Shown here one piece after another: positions 1 through 12,555 of a stretch of DNA of 64,000 bases. Made by a program: the position numbers and the translations under genes. Within the stretch, counting starts at the first letter, position 1. Every line of letters starts with the position of its first letter. This stretch comes from Hemiscyllium ocellatum (lineage: Eukaryota). The notes under the pieces are model-generated. The model was not told the DNA's origin. It was given only the letters and a program-made list of their open reading frames with translations, and made no database searches. The stretch covers positions 32,345,877 to 32,409,876 of the forward strand of contig NC_083429.1 in assembly GCF_020745735.1 (NCBI RefSeq). The letters are read 5' to 3'.

Positions 1-481
1 AAATCATCAGAACAATTTTACAAACCTTTGCTGCTATTAATCAATATTATTGGAAAAAGTCACAAAGCAATAAAGTATAATAAATGGGTAACACACCTAT
101 AGTCTCCCAATATACAATGGGTCAATGGGCAATACTTTTGAGACATTTTTCTGTTTCTGTAATTACCATTGCGTCAGTATGCTTTATGCTAACAATGTTG
201 TCAACAAGTTTTGTGAGCACATCAAACCATTTCTTGTTTGTCTGAGCTTTAAATGTCCACATATAAACTCCTGAGGGCTGCATCCTTTTTTACAACATTA
301 CCATTTGTCTATCTGTACCACTACATACTTCCTCCTTATACTGAAATAAGGCTTTCTCAATCTCTTCAGTCCTGTAGCACTCATTCCTTACATTAATGGA
401 ACAGTCTTACTTCTGTTCCATTATAGGCTTTTCTGTTTCTGTTCTCTTGCTCTGCCCTGCCTTATTGTCAGAATAAGTTCT

Positions 482-800
482 GGCAGCACAGCGGCTCAGT
501 GGTTAGCACTGGTGCCTTATAACACTAGGGATCTGGGTTTGATTCCTGCCTCAGGCAACTGTCTGTGTGAAGTTTGCACATTCTCCCTGTACCCCCATGG
601 ATTTCTTCTGGATGCTTGGGTTTTCTCCCACAATCCAAAGGTGTGCAGGTCAAGTGAGTTCACCATGCTAATTTTCCTATAGTGTTAGGTGCATTAGTCA
701 GAGGTAAATAAGGAAATGGGTCTGGGTGGCTTACTCTTTGGAATGCTGGTGTGGACCTGTTGGGCTGAAGGGTCTGTTTCCATACTGTAGGGAATCTGAA
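482..800 (+). mobile_element. HE1-type tRNA-derived SINE
   Basis: A box (ggctcagtggttagcact), B box (gggtttgattcc), CR1-type tail (gaagggtctgtttccatactgt), 7-bp flanking repeat aagttct at 475-481 and 803-809. Confidence 0.85.
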
Positions 801-1574
801 CCAAGTTCTACTTCATCATGACTTCAATGTTACATCTTTTTCCCTGCCCTTATGTTTCTCTCTTTTTAGGTTCATAAAACTCCAAGAATTTATTTTAATT
901 GTCATTGTTATCATTCATATTGCTGTCACCATCTAACATGACCTTTATCCCAAGTCCAAATCTTGTGATTTCAGATGATGTGAAACTCTGACTGGTTCCC
1001 CTGGTCTGGTTTGCTTGAGTTCCATACAAGCCTCATGGTTCCTGAAAATTCCTGGAGTTATTGTACTGTTCCATATAATATTTGATGAAGTAAAGTTAGT
1101 GATATTCCATATCCCCGGTAATCATATTCGATCTCTCTTCTTGCTTTCTCTCAAACATTTCTTCAAGTGTGCTGACTACATATATTTCATTTTATCTGTT
1201 CTTCCAAGGAATATTCTTTCTGCATGTTTTTCCCTTTTCCAAAACTGACCCGCTGTCAAAGTGACAGAGTGTTTGCTCTGTGTCTCATGTTAGACCCCTT
1301 CAGTTCTTCTGTGGTCTTTTTTCATTTTCTTGAACTTCTCATGGTGTTGACGTGTGACGTTCTGCCTGTAATTGCAGCACAAATAATGGTATTTTTATTA
1401 TTATTCTTCCCAAGAATTGTTCTGCTGGTGAGTATCCAATATTAAATAATATTGCACTGTTGATGAATAATGATAATCTCAGCCTGCATTTTCCTTGGTC
1501 ATTCTGATCCACCGTTGTTTTGGCAAGTGTATCAGTCATAATCTGTGCTTTCCTTGGGATGTAGACTTTTATCT

Positions 1575-2113
1575 AGTCATAGAGATGTACAACATGGAAA
1601 CAGACACTTCGGTCCAACCCGTCCATGTCAACCAGATATCCCAACCCAATCTAGTCCCACCTACCAGCACCTGGCCCATATCTCTTCAAACTCTTGCTAT
1701 TCATTTACCCATCCAAATGCCTTTAAAATGTTGCAATTGTACCAGCCTCCACCACTTCCTCTGGCAGCTCATTCCATACACATACCACACTCTGTGTGAA
1801 AAAGTTGCCTCTTAGGTCCCTTTGATACCTTTTCCCACTCTCCCTAAACCTATGCCATCTAGGTCTGGACTCCCTGATCCCAGGGAAAAGGCTTTGTCTA
1901 TTTACTCTATCCATGCCCCTCTTGATTTTATAAACCTCTATAAGGTCACCTCTCAGCCTCTGATGGTCCAGGGAAAACAGCCCCAGCCTGTTCAACCTCT
2001 CCTCATAGCTCAAATCCTCCAACCCTGGCAACATCCTTGTAAATCTTTTCTGAACCCTTTCAAGTTTCACAACACCTTTCCGATAGGAAGGAGACCAGAA
2101 TTGCACCAAATAT
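1575..2113 (-). mobile_element. CR1 LINE 3' fragment
   Basis: ORF 1723-2109 QFWSPSYRK..LERVQKRFTRM..LRGDLIEVYK..FFTQSVVCVWNELP; flanking repeat tctagtcat at 1572-1580 and 2114-2122. Confidence 0.93.
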
Positions 2114-2459
2114 TCTAGTCATGTGCATTAGTCTGAGCCTCAACCTCTGAATTGGCAATGATATTTTTGTGATTACTTTTAATCCTAGTCATGCGACTGG
2201 TGGATTATGATCTGTATCGACCCAGAATCTCAACCTCTTGAGACAATCTGCAAACCTTTCACATCTCCCTGTAACAGCCAATCCTTTTTCTTTCAATTGC
2301 CGCGTAGTTTTGTTCCATTTCTGTCAATGCCCTTGCTGAAATGTGTATGGGCTATGAAGTTCTATTCATGAAGAACTGCATCTAGTTCAATGAATGATAT
2401 ATCCACTGCTACTGCAGGAACTAAGCCTGAGTTATTGTCAGCTAATGTGTGTGAAGAGA

Positions 2460-2737
2460 ATAGATTAGATTACTTACAGTGTGGAAACAGGCCCTTCGGC
2501 CCAACAAGTCCACACCAACCCGACGAAGCGCGGCCCACCCATACCCCTACATTTACCCCTTCACCTCACACTACGGGCAATTTAGCATGACCAATTCACC
2601 TGACCCGCACATTGTTGGTCTGTGGGAGGAAACCGGAGCACCCGGAGGAAACCCACGCAGACACGGGGAGAATGTGCAAACTCCACACAGTCAGTCGCCT
2701 GAGTCGGGAATTGAACCCAGGCCGCAGGCGCTGTGAA
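2460..2737 (-). mobile_element. HE1-type SINE, 5' head truncated
   Basis: tagat-repeat tail and body match the other HE1 copies in reverse complement. Confidence 0.88.
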
Positions 2738-3359
2738 GCCGTTATTGGCTCCAAAACTACTGTTTACTTCTTTTTATAAACACTCCTACAGCTCAAGTGA
2801 GACTGTTTAAGACAGGAATGAACTTGGTTCACCATGTCGAAGAAACATTGTGGAACATTTACACACTTTGGTTGCAGAGATTCACTTATCACCTTATTAC
2901 TGTGGCATCCTTTATAATTCCTTGTTCTTGCATGACTTGTCCCAAAAAAGATGATTTTTGATTTTGATAATTCCTCATTTGGGTGTAAGGTTAGTGTGTG
3001 TGAGCTTCTCTTCAAACTGAATAAGTCAGTCAGCTTTCCATCCATGACACCCACTTTAGTACAGTCCCTTGTTAACTCTGTTACGGCTCCATATCCACAG
3101 CAACTTGCTAGTCTATGAAATCTATCACAAAGGTTTCAATCGCTTTCTGGTCGGACAGCTGATTGAATCTTACACTTTGTATGAGTGGATTCTTTGTTGC
3201 ACTGAAATATTCAGTGAAAGCCTAAGGAATCAAGGTTCCAGGGTGATATTACTGTTCAAGAAAGTTGTTTTTAAAAATAACATGTAAAATTATATCTGTT
3301 CACCAATTGGAGAATGTTCAATTCCACAACATGAAGAAACAAAACAAAGATTAATACAA

Positions 3360-3497
3360 TAAAACAAAACACTGAGGATGCTGGAAATTTGAAACAAAAG
3401 CAGAAATTGCTGGAGAATGTCAGCAGTTCTGGAAGCATCTGTGTAGAGAAAGCAAAGTTAATGTTTTAAGTGTAGACCCTCTTCTCCAGAACTGAAG
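3360..3497 (-). mobile_element. PLE 3' terminal fragment (family D) with decayed hammerhead
   Basis: Similar to arms at 22800-23030 and 52787-52987; minus strand reads ctggagaagggtc..aaaacattaac. Confidence 0.55.
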
Positions 3498-3611
3498 AAA
3501 AGTAAACTCTTTCTGAGAACAGATTATGATCTCCTGACACTGGATCAACTTATTCGACCTCAAACCAAATGGACATTTTTGTTTTGCTTGCAGGTGCAAC
3601 AAGATTAAATG

Positions 3612-4320
3612 TCAAGATGGTGGTAGAGTAGCAAGGCTGCTTGTGGGTTGTTGCCCAGGACTTATCCTCTCTCATCTGCCCTCTTTCTTTTTTCTTTCTC
3701 TTTACTTCTGCTCTTTTCCTTTCATGTTTTCTTTCATTTTTCTTCCCAGTGTTCGGGACTGGAGGAAGTGGTAAAGCTCTTCCAGTGAACAGAGGTGGCA
3801 GCGGTGGCAGTGAACTTTCCAAGGTGGCGGCATTAGCAAGGTGACATCTCTGATGATGGCCATTAGAGCAGGACTCTTTCTGAGATGTCGGCAGCAGTGG
3901 CCTGGTCTAGCAGCGGAGCCAGGGACTCCTGGCTGCAGTAGGCCGAGAGAGGGAACTCTTGGTATCATGAAGGTGGCAGCAGAGGTAGGGCCTCCTGGTT
4001 GTGAGGCGAGTGTGGATTCAGCACAGGACTTGGCGTTGGCATCAGCATCAGTGAGGTAGGCCCAGCAGCAAAAAGATGGCACCTAAAGGGTGGAAACTCT
4101 TACATTGCTAGGTCTGGCACAAACAAGGCAGTTGAAGGAGGGGTGGTAGTGCAGGTGTCTTTAGTGAGCGAGCTCAGGGCTCAGGACTCTCTTTCAGTTA
4201 TTAGTTTTAACTTTTTTATTCTTAAACTATTCAAAATAGTGCCAGATTGGGATGACTATTGAAGCTTTTCATTGTATTTTACCATACTAATCACTGTGAT
4301 AGACAAGTGACAATAAGTCA
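3612..4320 (+). mobile_element. Probable non-autonomous non-LTR element, family uncertain
   Basis: Begins caagatgg, has a GC-rich ggcagc-type interior, ends cttttcattgta..gtgacaataa like a LINE/SINE tail. Confidence 0.4.
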
Positions 4321-4374
4321 CAACTCATAAAGATTCCTAGCAACTTCAACAACTACATCAGACATTGATAAGGA

Positions 4375-4635
4375 ATTAGAATAGTCTGAGAATTAGGGCA
4401 GACTGTTCAGGGCAGATCTTAGGAAGCATTTCTACACACAATGAGTGTTGGAAATCTCTTCCACAAATAGCAGTGGTTGCAGAATCAGTTGTTATTTTTA
4501 AATCTGAGATGGATGAATGTTTGAAAAACAATGGCATTAAGGGATATGGGCCAAAGGTATATAGAGTTAGGCTACAGATCAGCCATGGTCTCATTGGAAG
4601 GTGCAACTGGCTCGAAGGGCTATGTTCCTATGAAC
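4375..4635 (+). mobile_element. CR1 3' fragment, degraded
   Basis: ttctacacacaa..tggaaatctctt..aagggatatggg..tatgttcctatg tail. Confidence 0.65.
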
Positions 4636-5394
4636 AAAGCTCATTTGAATTTAAAGACATTTTATAACAACAATAAAAGGTGTTAATACCTAAGTCTCAA
4701 CAGTTTCAGTAGCTTTGGAAACAAAATGAAGTTTCTTGTGAAAAATAATAACTTGGACACGAACAAAATTATGCAAAATCGAAGTTGTTCTCTTTCATGC
4801 GAGAAGGTGTAAAATGCAGTATTTCTTAATTGCAAGCATTTCTACAACTTTTAAGTACTTGAAAATAATTTTTAGAGCAAATAGAGGAAGGCAATTCTGA
4901 AATATTTACAAATAACCATTTCAAATTTAATTAACAGAAAATAAATGATCTTTGTGCAAAGCAAAATAAGAAGTTTAAAATATTCATAATACAAGGAGAA
5001 TGCTTTATTAGTAATTCATTATCATAATCCATAATCTTCATAATTAAATAACATAATTACAATCTTTAAAAATCTTGTTGCAGAAGTACCAAATTTAACA
5101 CAATTAAAGTGGAGAATTCCCTCCTACTGTTGCAGTTCTTTAATGCCACACTCTTGTCAAATGCTGTCCTGGTGTCAAGGACAATCACTTTTCCCTCACC
5201 TCTGGAGTTCAGTCCTTTTGTGCATGTTTAAAGCAAGGCTGTTAGTAGCTGGTGGAATCTCAACATTGTCCAAAGGGTGGAAGACCAAAGTCCTCTATCA
5301 GCCTTGTATGGCCGTGCAATTTGTCCTCGACTGTCAAAAGTTTAAGCAAGTGACCAGACAAGATGGATCAATTGCCAAACCTTGGGAGCCTCCC

Positions 5395-6330
5395 ATCTAG
5401 AATGGCAAACCTCAACGATGAAATTCAACATCCAGTCTGCCAGAGCAACCCTTCCCATCTAAAGAACAGTGGTTGATGACAAAGAGGTTAGCACTGCTGC
5501 CTTACAGCACCAAAGACCCGGATTCAATTCCCGCCTCAGGCGACTGACTGTGTGGAGTTTGCACATTCTCCCCGTGTCTGCGTAGGTTTCCTTCGGGTGC
5601 TCCGGTTTCCTCCCACAGTCCAAAACTGTGTGCAGGTTAGGTGAATTGGCCGTGCAAAATTGTCTGTAGTGTTGGGTGAAGGAGTAAATGTAGGGGAATG
5701 GGTCTGAGTGGGTTGTGCTTCGGCGGGTTGGTGTGGACTTGTTGGGCCGAAGGGCCTGTTTCCACTAGCACTAGGTTCACGGTCTACAGGGCAGCAGTGC
5801 AATGTGCATCAAAGGCTTGGACAATATGCATCAAACATCTCAAACCTTGAAAGAAATATCACCAGTGATGCCCCCACAAAATCCTACAAATCCTCTGGCT
5901 GGATAGATGCTTCAAAATCAATGTTCTTCCTCAGGCATACATCCTCACCATGGAGGCATCAGTTTCGGTCAAACAGCTGTGTTGCACATTCTCCACTTGC
6001 CTGATATAAGATTTCCCAAACAAGCTCTCTATTTCAAGTTTCATCACGGCAAATGGTTACCAGGAGGACAGATGAAGTACTTCAAGGATGTCATCAAAGC
6101 CTTCACGGAAAATTGCGATTTCCTGACCAACTCATGAGAATTTTTTGCTAATTTTTTTTTGAAAAAGCATTCATGGACATGCTGACCATCTCCAGCACCT
6201 TCAACAGACTGAGATAGAGATCAATACAAATACTGGGAGGATGATGTGGAAACCTGCCTTTTCAAATACGTTGGGCCCAATCCGCAGCAGAGGATGTGGA
6301 ACCAATATCGGACTGTTTAATCACATAGGT
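5395..6330 (+). mobile_element. RTE-clade LINE fragment interrupted by a SINE
   Basis: HILHLPDIRFPKQALYFKFHHGKWLPGGQMKYFKDVIKA (ORF 5907-6137) matches the RTE C-terminal motif; NLNDEIQH upstream of the SINE. Confidence 0.8.
5487..5765 (+). mobile_element. HE1-type SINE nested in RTE
   Basis: ggttagcactgctgcc..attcaattcccgcc..ggccgaagggcctgtttccac. Confidence 0.88.
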
Positions 6331-6454
6331 GTGACAAGGCCAGAGTGCAAGTAAGTCGTCATGAAAGACTGCCTAAGAGGAAAAAAGGAGAAGAATGCAG
6401 AAAGAATTCAACACTATATGATAAGCAAATTATTCTGTAAACCCAGAATACAGA

Positions 6455-6695
6455 GAAGGAGATAAGAAGAAACTTCTTCAGCCAGAGAGTGGGGAATCTG
6501 TGGAATTCACTGCCATAGAGGGCAGGTTATTGAATATCTTTATGACTGACATAGATAGGTTCTTGAGTATCAAGGGGATCAAGGGTTATGGGGAGACAGT
6601 AGGAGATTAGGATTGAGAAAGTTTTCAGCCATGATTGAATGGTGGAGCAGACTCGATGGGCTGAATGGCCTAATTTCTGCTGTTATGTCTTACGA
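6455..6695 (+). mobile_element. CR1 3' fragment
   Basis: ttcttcagccagagagtggggaatctgtggaattcactgcc..gatgggctgaatggcct tail. Confidence 0.8.
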
Positions 6696-7721
6696 TCTTG
6701 CATACTTTCATTAGAACACATATCATTGCATGAAACATCACCTTTTCAAAATACCATTTTGAGAAATAATAGCTAGCTCATCAGATCCAGATATTACACA
6801 GATCATACAGATCAATTGACATTCAACTTATTCCAAACTTAATACTGGAATTAACTGAAAGATAATCTTTGACTGAGGGAATGAAGCTACAGTTATCTGA
6901 CAGAAAACCACATCATGCAAGCAGAACACCATTCAAAATTTAAGGAGTTCTGCAAGTTCTCTTAAGACACTATATGGATTAAACATTTGTCATCAGAAAT
7001 CAACATATCTGAACAGAAACATATCATTCACTCTTAAAATCATACAGTATTTGAATCAGCATTTCGAAGAAGCTGTATCAAATCAGCACAGTCAGCTTTT
7101 CTGTCAATGATCGAATTTTACAAAACAATGATGTTATCCAAAAGAATACAAGCAAGACTGGAAGAATCACATGCAAGTTTGCCTCATTACAATGTCAAAA
7201 GGAAAACATTATTTCTTTCAGAAACACAACCTCCTTCTCCGACACAATTTGAGGATACAAAGAATTGTTAACATACACAGAATTGTATGTTAAAAATTCT
7301 TTGTGAGGATGCTTCAGTCACAGTCTTGTGAATTACATTTATGATAAGCACAATGTCTCAAAAGATACCATCAGGTATCTCATATATAAGGTAACTGGAT
7401 ACCCAGTAATGCATAATAATCTTATTTATTGTTCAGCAAGATTGAGCCCATCTTTTTGCCAAAGATCTGGTCTGCTCTGCCCTGCCCTGCTGAGGACTGA
7501 GTGACATCATCACCATTTGCATTTTCCATTGTTCTACATGTGAATCTCCTAATAGAAGGATGAAGTATCCAATATGTGTAAATTTAAGTATTTTACTTCT
7601 AACCTTCTCATCCAAATTATTTTACTCAGTAGGGATCAAAGCTGATTCCTTCGCATTCCACCAAACTTACATATCCAATTAGAATTCACATTGATCACGC
7701 CCATTTGCATCTTGTTAGTTA

Positions 7722-8012
7722 GAACATAGAACATAGAACATAGAACAATACAGCACAGAACAGGCCCTTCGGCCCACGATGTTGTGCCGAACATCTATCC
7801 TAGATTGAGCACCCATCCATGTACCTATTCAATTGCTGCTTAAAGGTTGCCAATGATTCTGACTCTACCACTCCCATGGGCAGCGCATTCCATGCCCCCA
7901 CCACTCTCTGGGTAAAGAACCCACCCCTGACATCTCCCCTATACCTTCCACCCTTCACCTTAAATTTATGTCCCCTTGTAATACTCTGTTGTACCCGGGG
8001 AAAAAGTTTCTG
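7722..8012 (-). mobile_element. CR1 3' fragment with (agaacat)n tail
   Basis: Tandem agaacat repeats followed by reverse-complement CR1 3' end. Confidence 0.85.
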
Positions 8013-9721
8013 AGTTAATTGAATGTTTTTACATGCTTTTCTAGAACTGTCATTTCAACACGTTCTCTTCTGAGGCAGAAATGTCTTCTGAAGATCAGTT
8101 TCCAGCAGTTTATTTACCTTTATAACTTTTAAATAAACTTAATAGATATTAATAAATTTATGACAGCTTCTAATTTTACATTGTATTGTAATCAAATGGC
8201 CTTGCTTCCATTTAATGGATTCCACTCTTTGTCTCCGTCATGTATACATCAAGCTAATTTGCTTATAATGTTACTTTTAATATTTCTAAGAATTGAATAA
8301 CAAACTTACTACAGAAGACACCCTGCCGAAAATGAACTGAGAAGAAGGTTTCACTGAATGAGTTCCTTATTTTCACTCTGTAAGCGCAATGATTTTTGTT
8401 TGTAATGTTATAATTTTTAAAAAAAAGCTCATACATTTTCTCTCATCTCTGATCGCATTGATCAAAATTGGTTGAAGAATCACAGAATTAACACAGCACA
8501 GAAGGAGGGCATTCGGCCCATTGTGTTAGCGCTGCCTCTCTGAATGAGCAGATGTTAAACTGTATTAGCCCACTGATCTGAAGCAATTCAGCCAAACTGC
8601 TTCATTCTTCAGAAAATTATTACATCTAATTTCTCAAAAAAGGAGTATCCACGAGTCTTCTGGTGAAAGAGGTGGCAAAATGTTGTAACATTTTCAGTTA
8701 CAGATCAGGAGGATGCAACATAAGATTGCTGCTTATTGCTTTTACACTTGTAAGTTGAAGTACAATTCCTGAGGTGTGACAGATTCTGAGCTCTCCTGTG
8801 GCTTTGCTCATGAGTAACCTGGTGTAAATCACAAAGATGGTGCTTTAGCTGCAAAACTGAGGTAGATGCTCATTCTTTTACAGGAACTATTTAAAAATAA
8901 AACCTGCAGAAATAAATTAAATTCACAGATTTTGGAAATTGGCTTCTATTGTTTCCTGCCCAATGATAGTCCATATCATCATGAAATTCAACAAAGGGTG
9001 GGGAAAGGAGTCAGGTCCCAAAAGGACTCCAGTTAGTATGGTGAAATCGATAACCCTGCTGGTCACATCAGTTAACTGAGCCAACCTCCTCACGAAAGAT
9101 TGTGAGTTGCTATGACAACATGCACTTTAACATGCATGTTATAGTTTAGAGCAACGGAGCATGATGGTGGAGACTAATTTTCTTTCATCACCACTATATT
9201 ACAGGACCTCCTTCCAAGTAATTGTGTATCCTTCATAATACCTGAGGACAGATACAGCAGCTTGTAAGTAGCTAGCTTCAGGTCAGAGTGTGGCATTAAA
9301 TCATCGCCTTTTTAATTTTTGTAAAATACATTATTTTTCAGCATCTGTGGAGCTGTGGCAACTGAGGCTTGCTAAAGTTTACAAGAAATATTAAAATTTA
9401 TATCGATTTGTTGATGCTCCATTCACAATTGTAGCTTGAGGTCTGGAAAAGAATTGTCATGTTGAGCTGTTAACTTGCATTGGCTCTTTTGGGCTACTAC
9501 TTGCATATTCCCTGTGCAGAAGTAACATAAAGCTACAACTCCAGCTGCTTTATCATCTTGTGGACAATCACTGCACAGTTATAACTGCTTCTAAATTTCT
9601 GGCTCCAGGTCAGAAGAGCCCATTAAGAAATAACTTACTTTATTGTCTACTCTCAGAGGTGTATGTGTGTGTCATACTGCACTTGATTTGCTGAAATATG
9701 GTAACACTGACATATCTTTTT

Positions 9722-10085
9722 CACTGGAATGAGAGGAGGCCTTATCGAAGTTTATAAAATAACGAGGGTTTTAGATAGAGTTAATGATAGTTGTCTTTTG
9801 CATAAAATGCAGTATATCAAGATTAGGGGGCACACTTTTAAGCTGAGACGCGAGACATTTAAAAAAGACATGAGGGACAAATCTTTTACACAGGCGTGTG
9901 GAATGAACTTCCTGAGGAAGTGTGGATGTGGATACAACTACAATATTTAAAAGACATTTAGATAAGTCTATGAATAGGGAATGTTTGGAGGGATTTGGGC
10001 CAGGAACAGGCACGTGGGATTAGTTTAATTCGGGATTCTCTTCAGCATGGACAGGATGGACTGAAGTCCCTGCTGCGTGACTCCA
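9722..10085 (+). mobile_element. CR1 3' fragment
   Basis: ORF MRGGLIEVYKITRVLDRV..GHTFKLR. Confidence 0.82.
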
Positions 10086-10727
10086 AGACTTTATGGCAGA
10101 ACTAATTAATTTATTAAGTAGCATTTTTAATGACTGACCAGTTTTTTCTTTTAAAGACCTTAACCAATAATGAACAGTCAGAAGTAAACTATTAATAATA
10201 TGGTGAATCAATGTGCGTATTTTTGAAAGATTATTTTTATTAACAACTTAAAATGTTACCAAGTTAGGAAAGTAGTTCATTGAATCATATAAACATCAGC
10301 ACAGAATCAAGCCATTTGACTTATTTTGTCTGTGCCACCTCTTTGAAACAGAAATCATAATTCGTCACATTATTTATCCATATCCCTGTAAACTCTCATC
10401 CTAGTTATGCTCCTGTGCTAGTTCAATGCCCTTTAGAAATTATTCCACTACATTTTCAAGGACACAATGCTAACTGTTGAGTGAAAAATATGATCCTTTC
10501 ACTGTCATATATGCCACACAAAGAATCAATGGAGAATGTATCCTCATCGACGTCAATACCCCATAATCATTAAACAGTCCAAAGAGCATTAGCCCGCTGG
10601 AGACACGACATCCACCCCTCACACAGGAGGAAGTGGCACCTCAGAATGACAGCTGGAAGACTAACAGCTCTATTTTCCCGAAATTATCAACAGGGGTACT
10701 GACCATTGTTGGCATTAAAAACAATCC

Positions 10728-10950
10728 GCGAGGAAAAAGTGAAGACTGCAGATGCTGGAGATCAGAGCTGAAAATGTGTTGCTGGAAAAGCGCAGCAGGT
10801 CAGGCAGCATCAAAGGAGCAGGAGAATCGACATTTCGGGCATGAGCCCTTCTTCAGGAATCATGAAGAAGGGCTCATGCCCGAAACGTCGATTCTCCGGC
10901 TCCTTGGATGCTACCTGACCTGCTGCGCTTTTCCAGCAACACATTTTCAG
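10728..10950. mobile_element. Mini inverted dimer of PLE family B 3' ends with two divergent hammerhead motifs
   Basis: Arms are reverse complements meeting at ~10858; 14-bp TSD attaaaaacaatcc at 10714-10727 and 10951-10964. Confidence 0.88.
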
Positions 10951-11218
10951 ATTAAAAACAATCCTAAATATTGGAGGGCATGTGACTACATAGGTTCAAG
11001 ATCATGCAGCAGGGATGTAATCATCTTGACTTAGCTGTTAATGTAGTTCATAGCAATATATGATTATCAGTCACTCTCTCAGTGTGACTCAGTTACTCCT
11101 TACTAGAAAGTTTGAATTTTCACGCACAGTGCTACATTCTCTGCATGCAGAAAGAATAAGTCCAGACATTGTGCTTTATTTAATTAACGAAAAGTTTGTG
11201 GAGCAATTGCTCTCTGGT

Positions 11219-12218
11219 ATGTTGATGAACTGTTCAACCTCCTCGTGGGAGCACGAGGCAGCGCCTATACAGTCATCGATGTAGCGGAGGAAAAGGTGGG
11301 GTGTGGTGCCAGTGTAGTTGCAGAAGATGGACTGTTCCACATATCCTACAAAGAGACAGGCATAGCTGGGGCCCATGCAGGTGCCCATGGCAACTCCTTT
11401 AGTTTGGAGGAAGTGGGAGGATTGGAAAGAGAAGTTATTCAGGGTGAGGACCAGTTCAGTCAGTCGAAGGAGGGTGTCAGTGGAAGGGTACTGGTTGGTG
11501 CGGCGGGAAAGGAAGAAGCGGAGGGCTTTGAGTCCTTCGTGATGGGGGATGGAGTTGTACAGGGACTGGATGTCCATCGTGAAGATAAGGATTTGGGGAC
11601 CGGGGAAGCGAAAATCATGAGGAGGTGGAGGGCGTGGGTGGTGTCCCGAACGTAGGTGGGGAGTTCTTGGACTAATCTGGGATGCCCGGACCAACCAACC
11701 CAACCACCCCGTGGCTCAACACTTTAACTCTCCCTCCCACTCCACCGAAGACATGCAGGTCCTTGTACTCCTCCATCGCCAGAACATAACAACACGACGG
11801 TTGGAGGAAGAGCGCCTCATCTTCCGCCTGGGAACCCTCCAACCACAAGGGATGAACTCAGATTTCTCCAGTTTCCTCATTTCCCCTCCCCCACCTTGTC
11901 TCAGTTGATTCCCTTGAACTCAGCCCTGCCCTCCTAACCTGCAATCCTCTTCCTGACCTCTCCGCCCCCACCCCACTCCGGCCTATCACCCTCACCTTGA
12001 CCTCCTTCCACCTATCACATCTCCATCGCCCCTCCCCCAAGTCCCTCCTCCCTACCTTTTATCTTAGCCGGCCTGGCACCCTCTCCTCATTCCTGATGAA
12101 GGGCTCTGGCCCGAAACGTCGAATTTCCTGTTCCTTGGATGCTGCCTAACCTGCTGTGCTTTAACCAGCAACACATTTTCAGTTCTGATCTCCAGCATCT
12201 GCAGACCTCACTTTTTAC
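11219..12218. mobile_element. PLE family B (Neptune-like) with inverted 5' part: RT fragment on minus (11219-11674), EN C-terminus and 3' end on plus (11675-12218)
   Basis: Minus ORF FTMDIQSLYNSIPH..GVAMGTCMGPSYACLF..RYIDD; plus ORF AQHFNSPSHS..RRLEEERLIFRLGTLQPQGMN. Confidence 0.9.
12089..12124 (+). ncRNA. Minimal type I hammerhead ribozyme motif, core intact
   Basis: attc-CTGATGA-a-gggc(tctg)gccc-GAAA-cgtc-gaat; helix I attc/gaat; palindromic ACGT helix III. Confidence 0.85.
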
Positions 12219-12219
12219 T

Positions 12220-12555
12220 TGAAGAACCCTTAGGAGGACTGATATGCAGAGGGATCTGGGTGTGCAGGTCCATAGATCACTGAAGATGGCAGAGCAGGTA
12301 AATCAAGTTGTAAAAAAAGGCCGATGGCATGCTTGCCTTCATTGGAAGAGTCATTGAGTACAAGGAGAGGCAAGTTATGTTGCATCTTTAAAGAACTTCA
12401 GTTAGGCCTCAATTGGAATATTGCATACTGTTCTGGTCACCACACTATCAGAAGGAATTAGATGCTTTGAAGATGGTACAGAAAAGGTTTTCCAAGATGT
12501 TGCTGGTATGGAGAATTTTAGCTATGAAGGAAAGTTGAATTGACTTTGGAATTTT
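12220..12555 (+). mobile_element. CR1 ORF2 fragment
   Basis: agagggatctgggtgtgcaggtccatag..ttggaatattgc..ttctggtcacca (RDLGV, LEYC, FWSP). Confidence 0.8.

Larger units (their letters stand above)
373..3300 (-). mobile_element. Degenerate Ty3/Gypsy LTR retrotransposon relic (gag, RNase H, integrase remnants, putative PPT and 3' LTR), interrupted by two SINEs and a CR1
   Basis: Manual minus-strand translation: gag-like FTEYFSATKN..RFNQ..CGYG..VGVMDGKLTD (~3250-2990); RNase H SARALTEMEQNYAAIE/GLAVTGRCERFAD..VDTDHNP..IQRLRLRLM (2340-2120); integrase-like GYSPAEQFLGR (~1445-1410). Purine tract at ~836-850 is followed by TGTAACA. LTR limits are tentative. Confidence 0.75.

Noticed and set aside
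482-560. tRNA genes
   Set aside because: A/B boxes are SINE heads followed by SINE body and LINE-type tail
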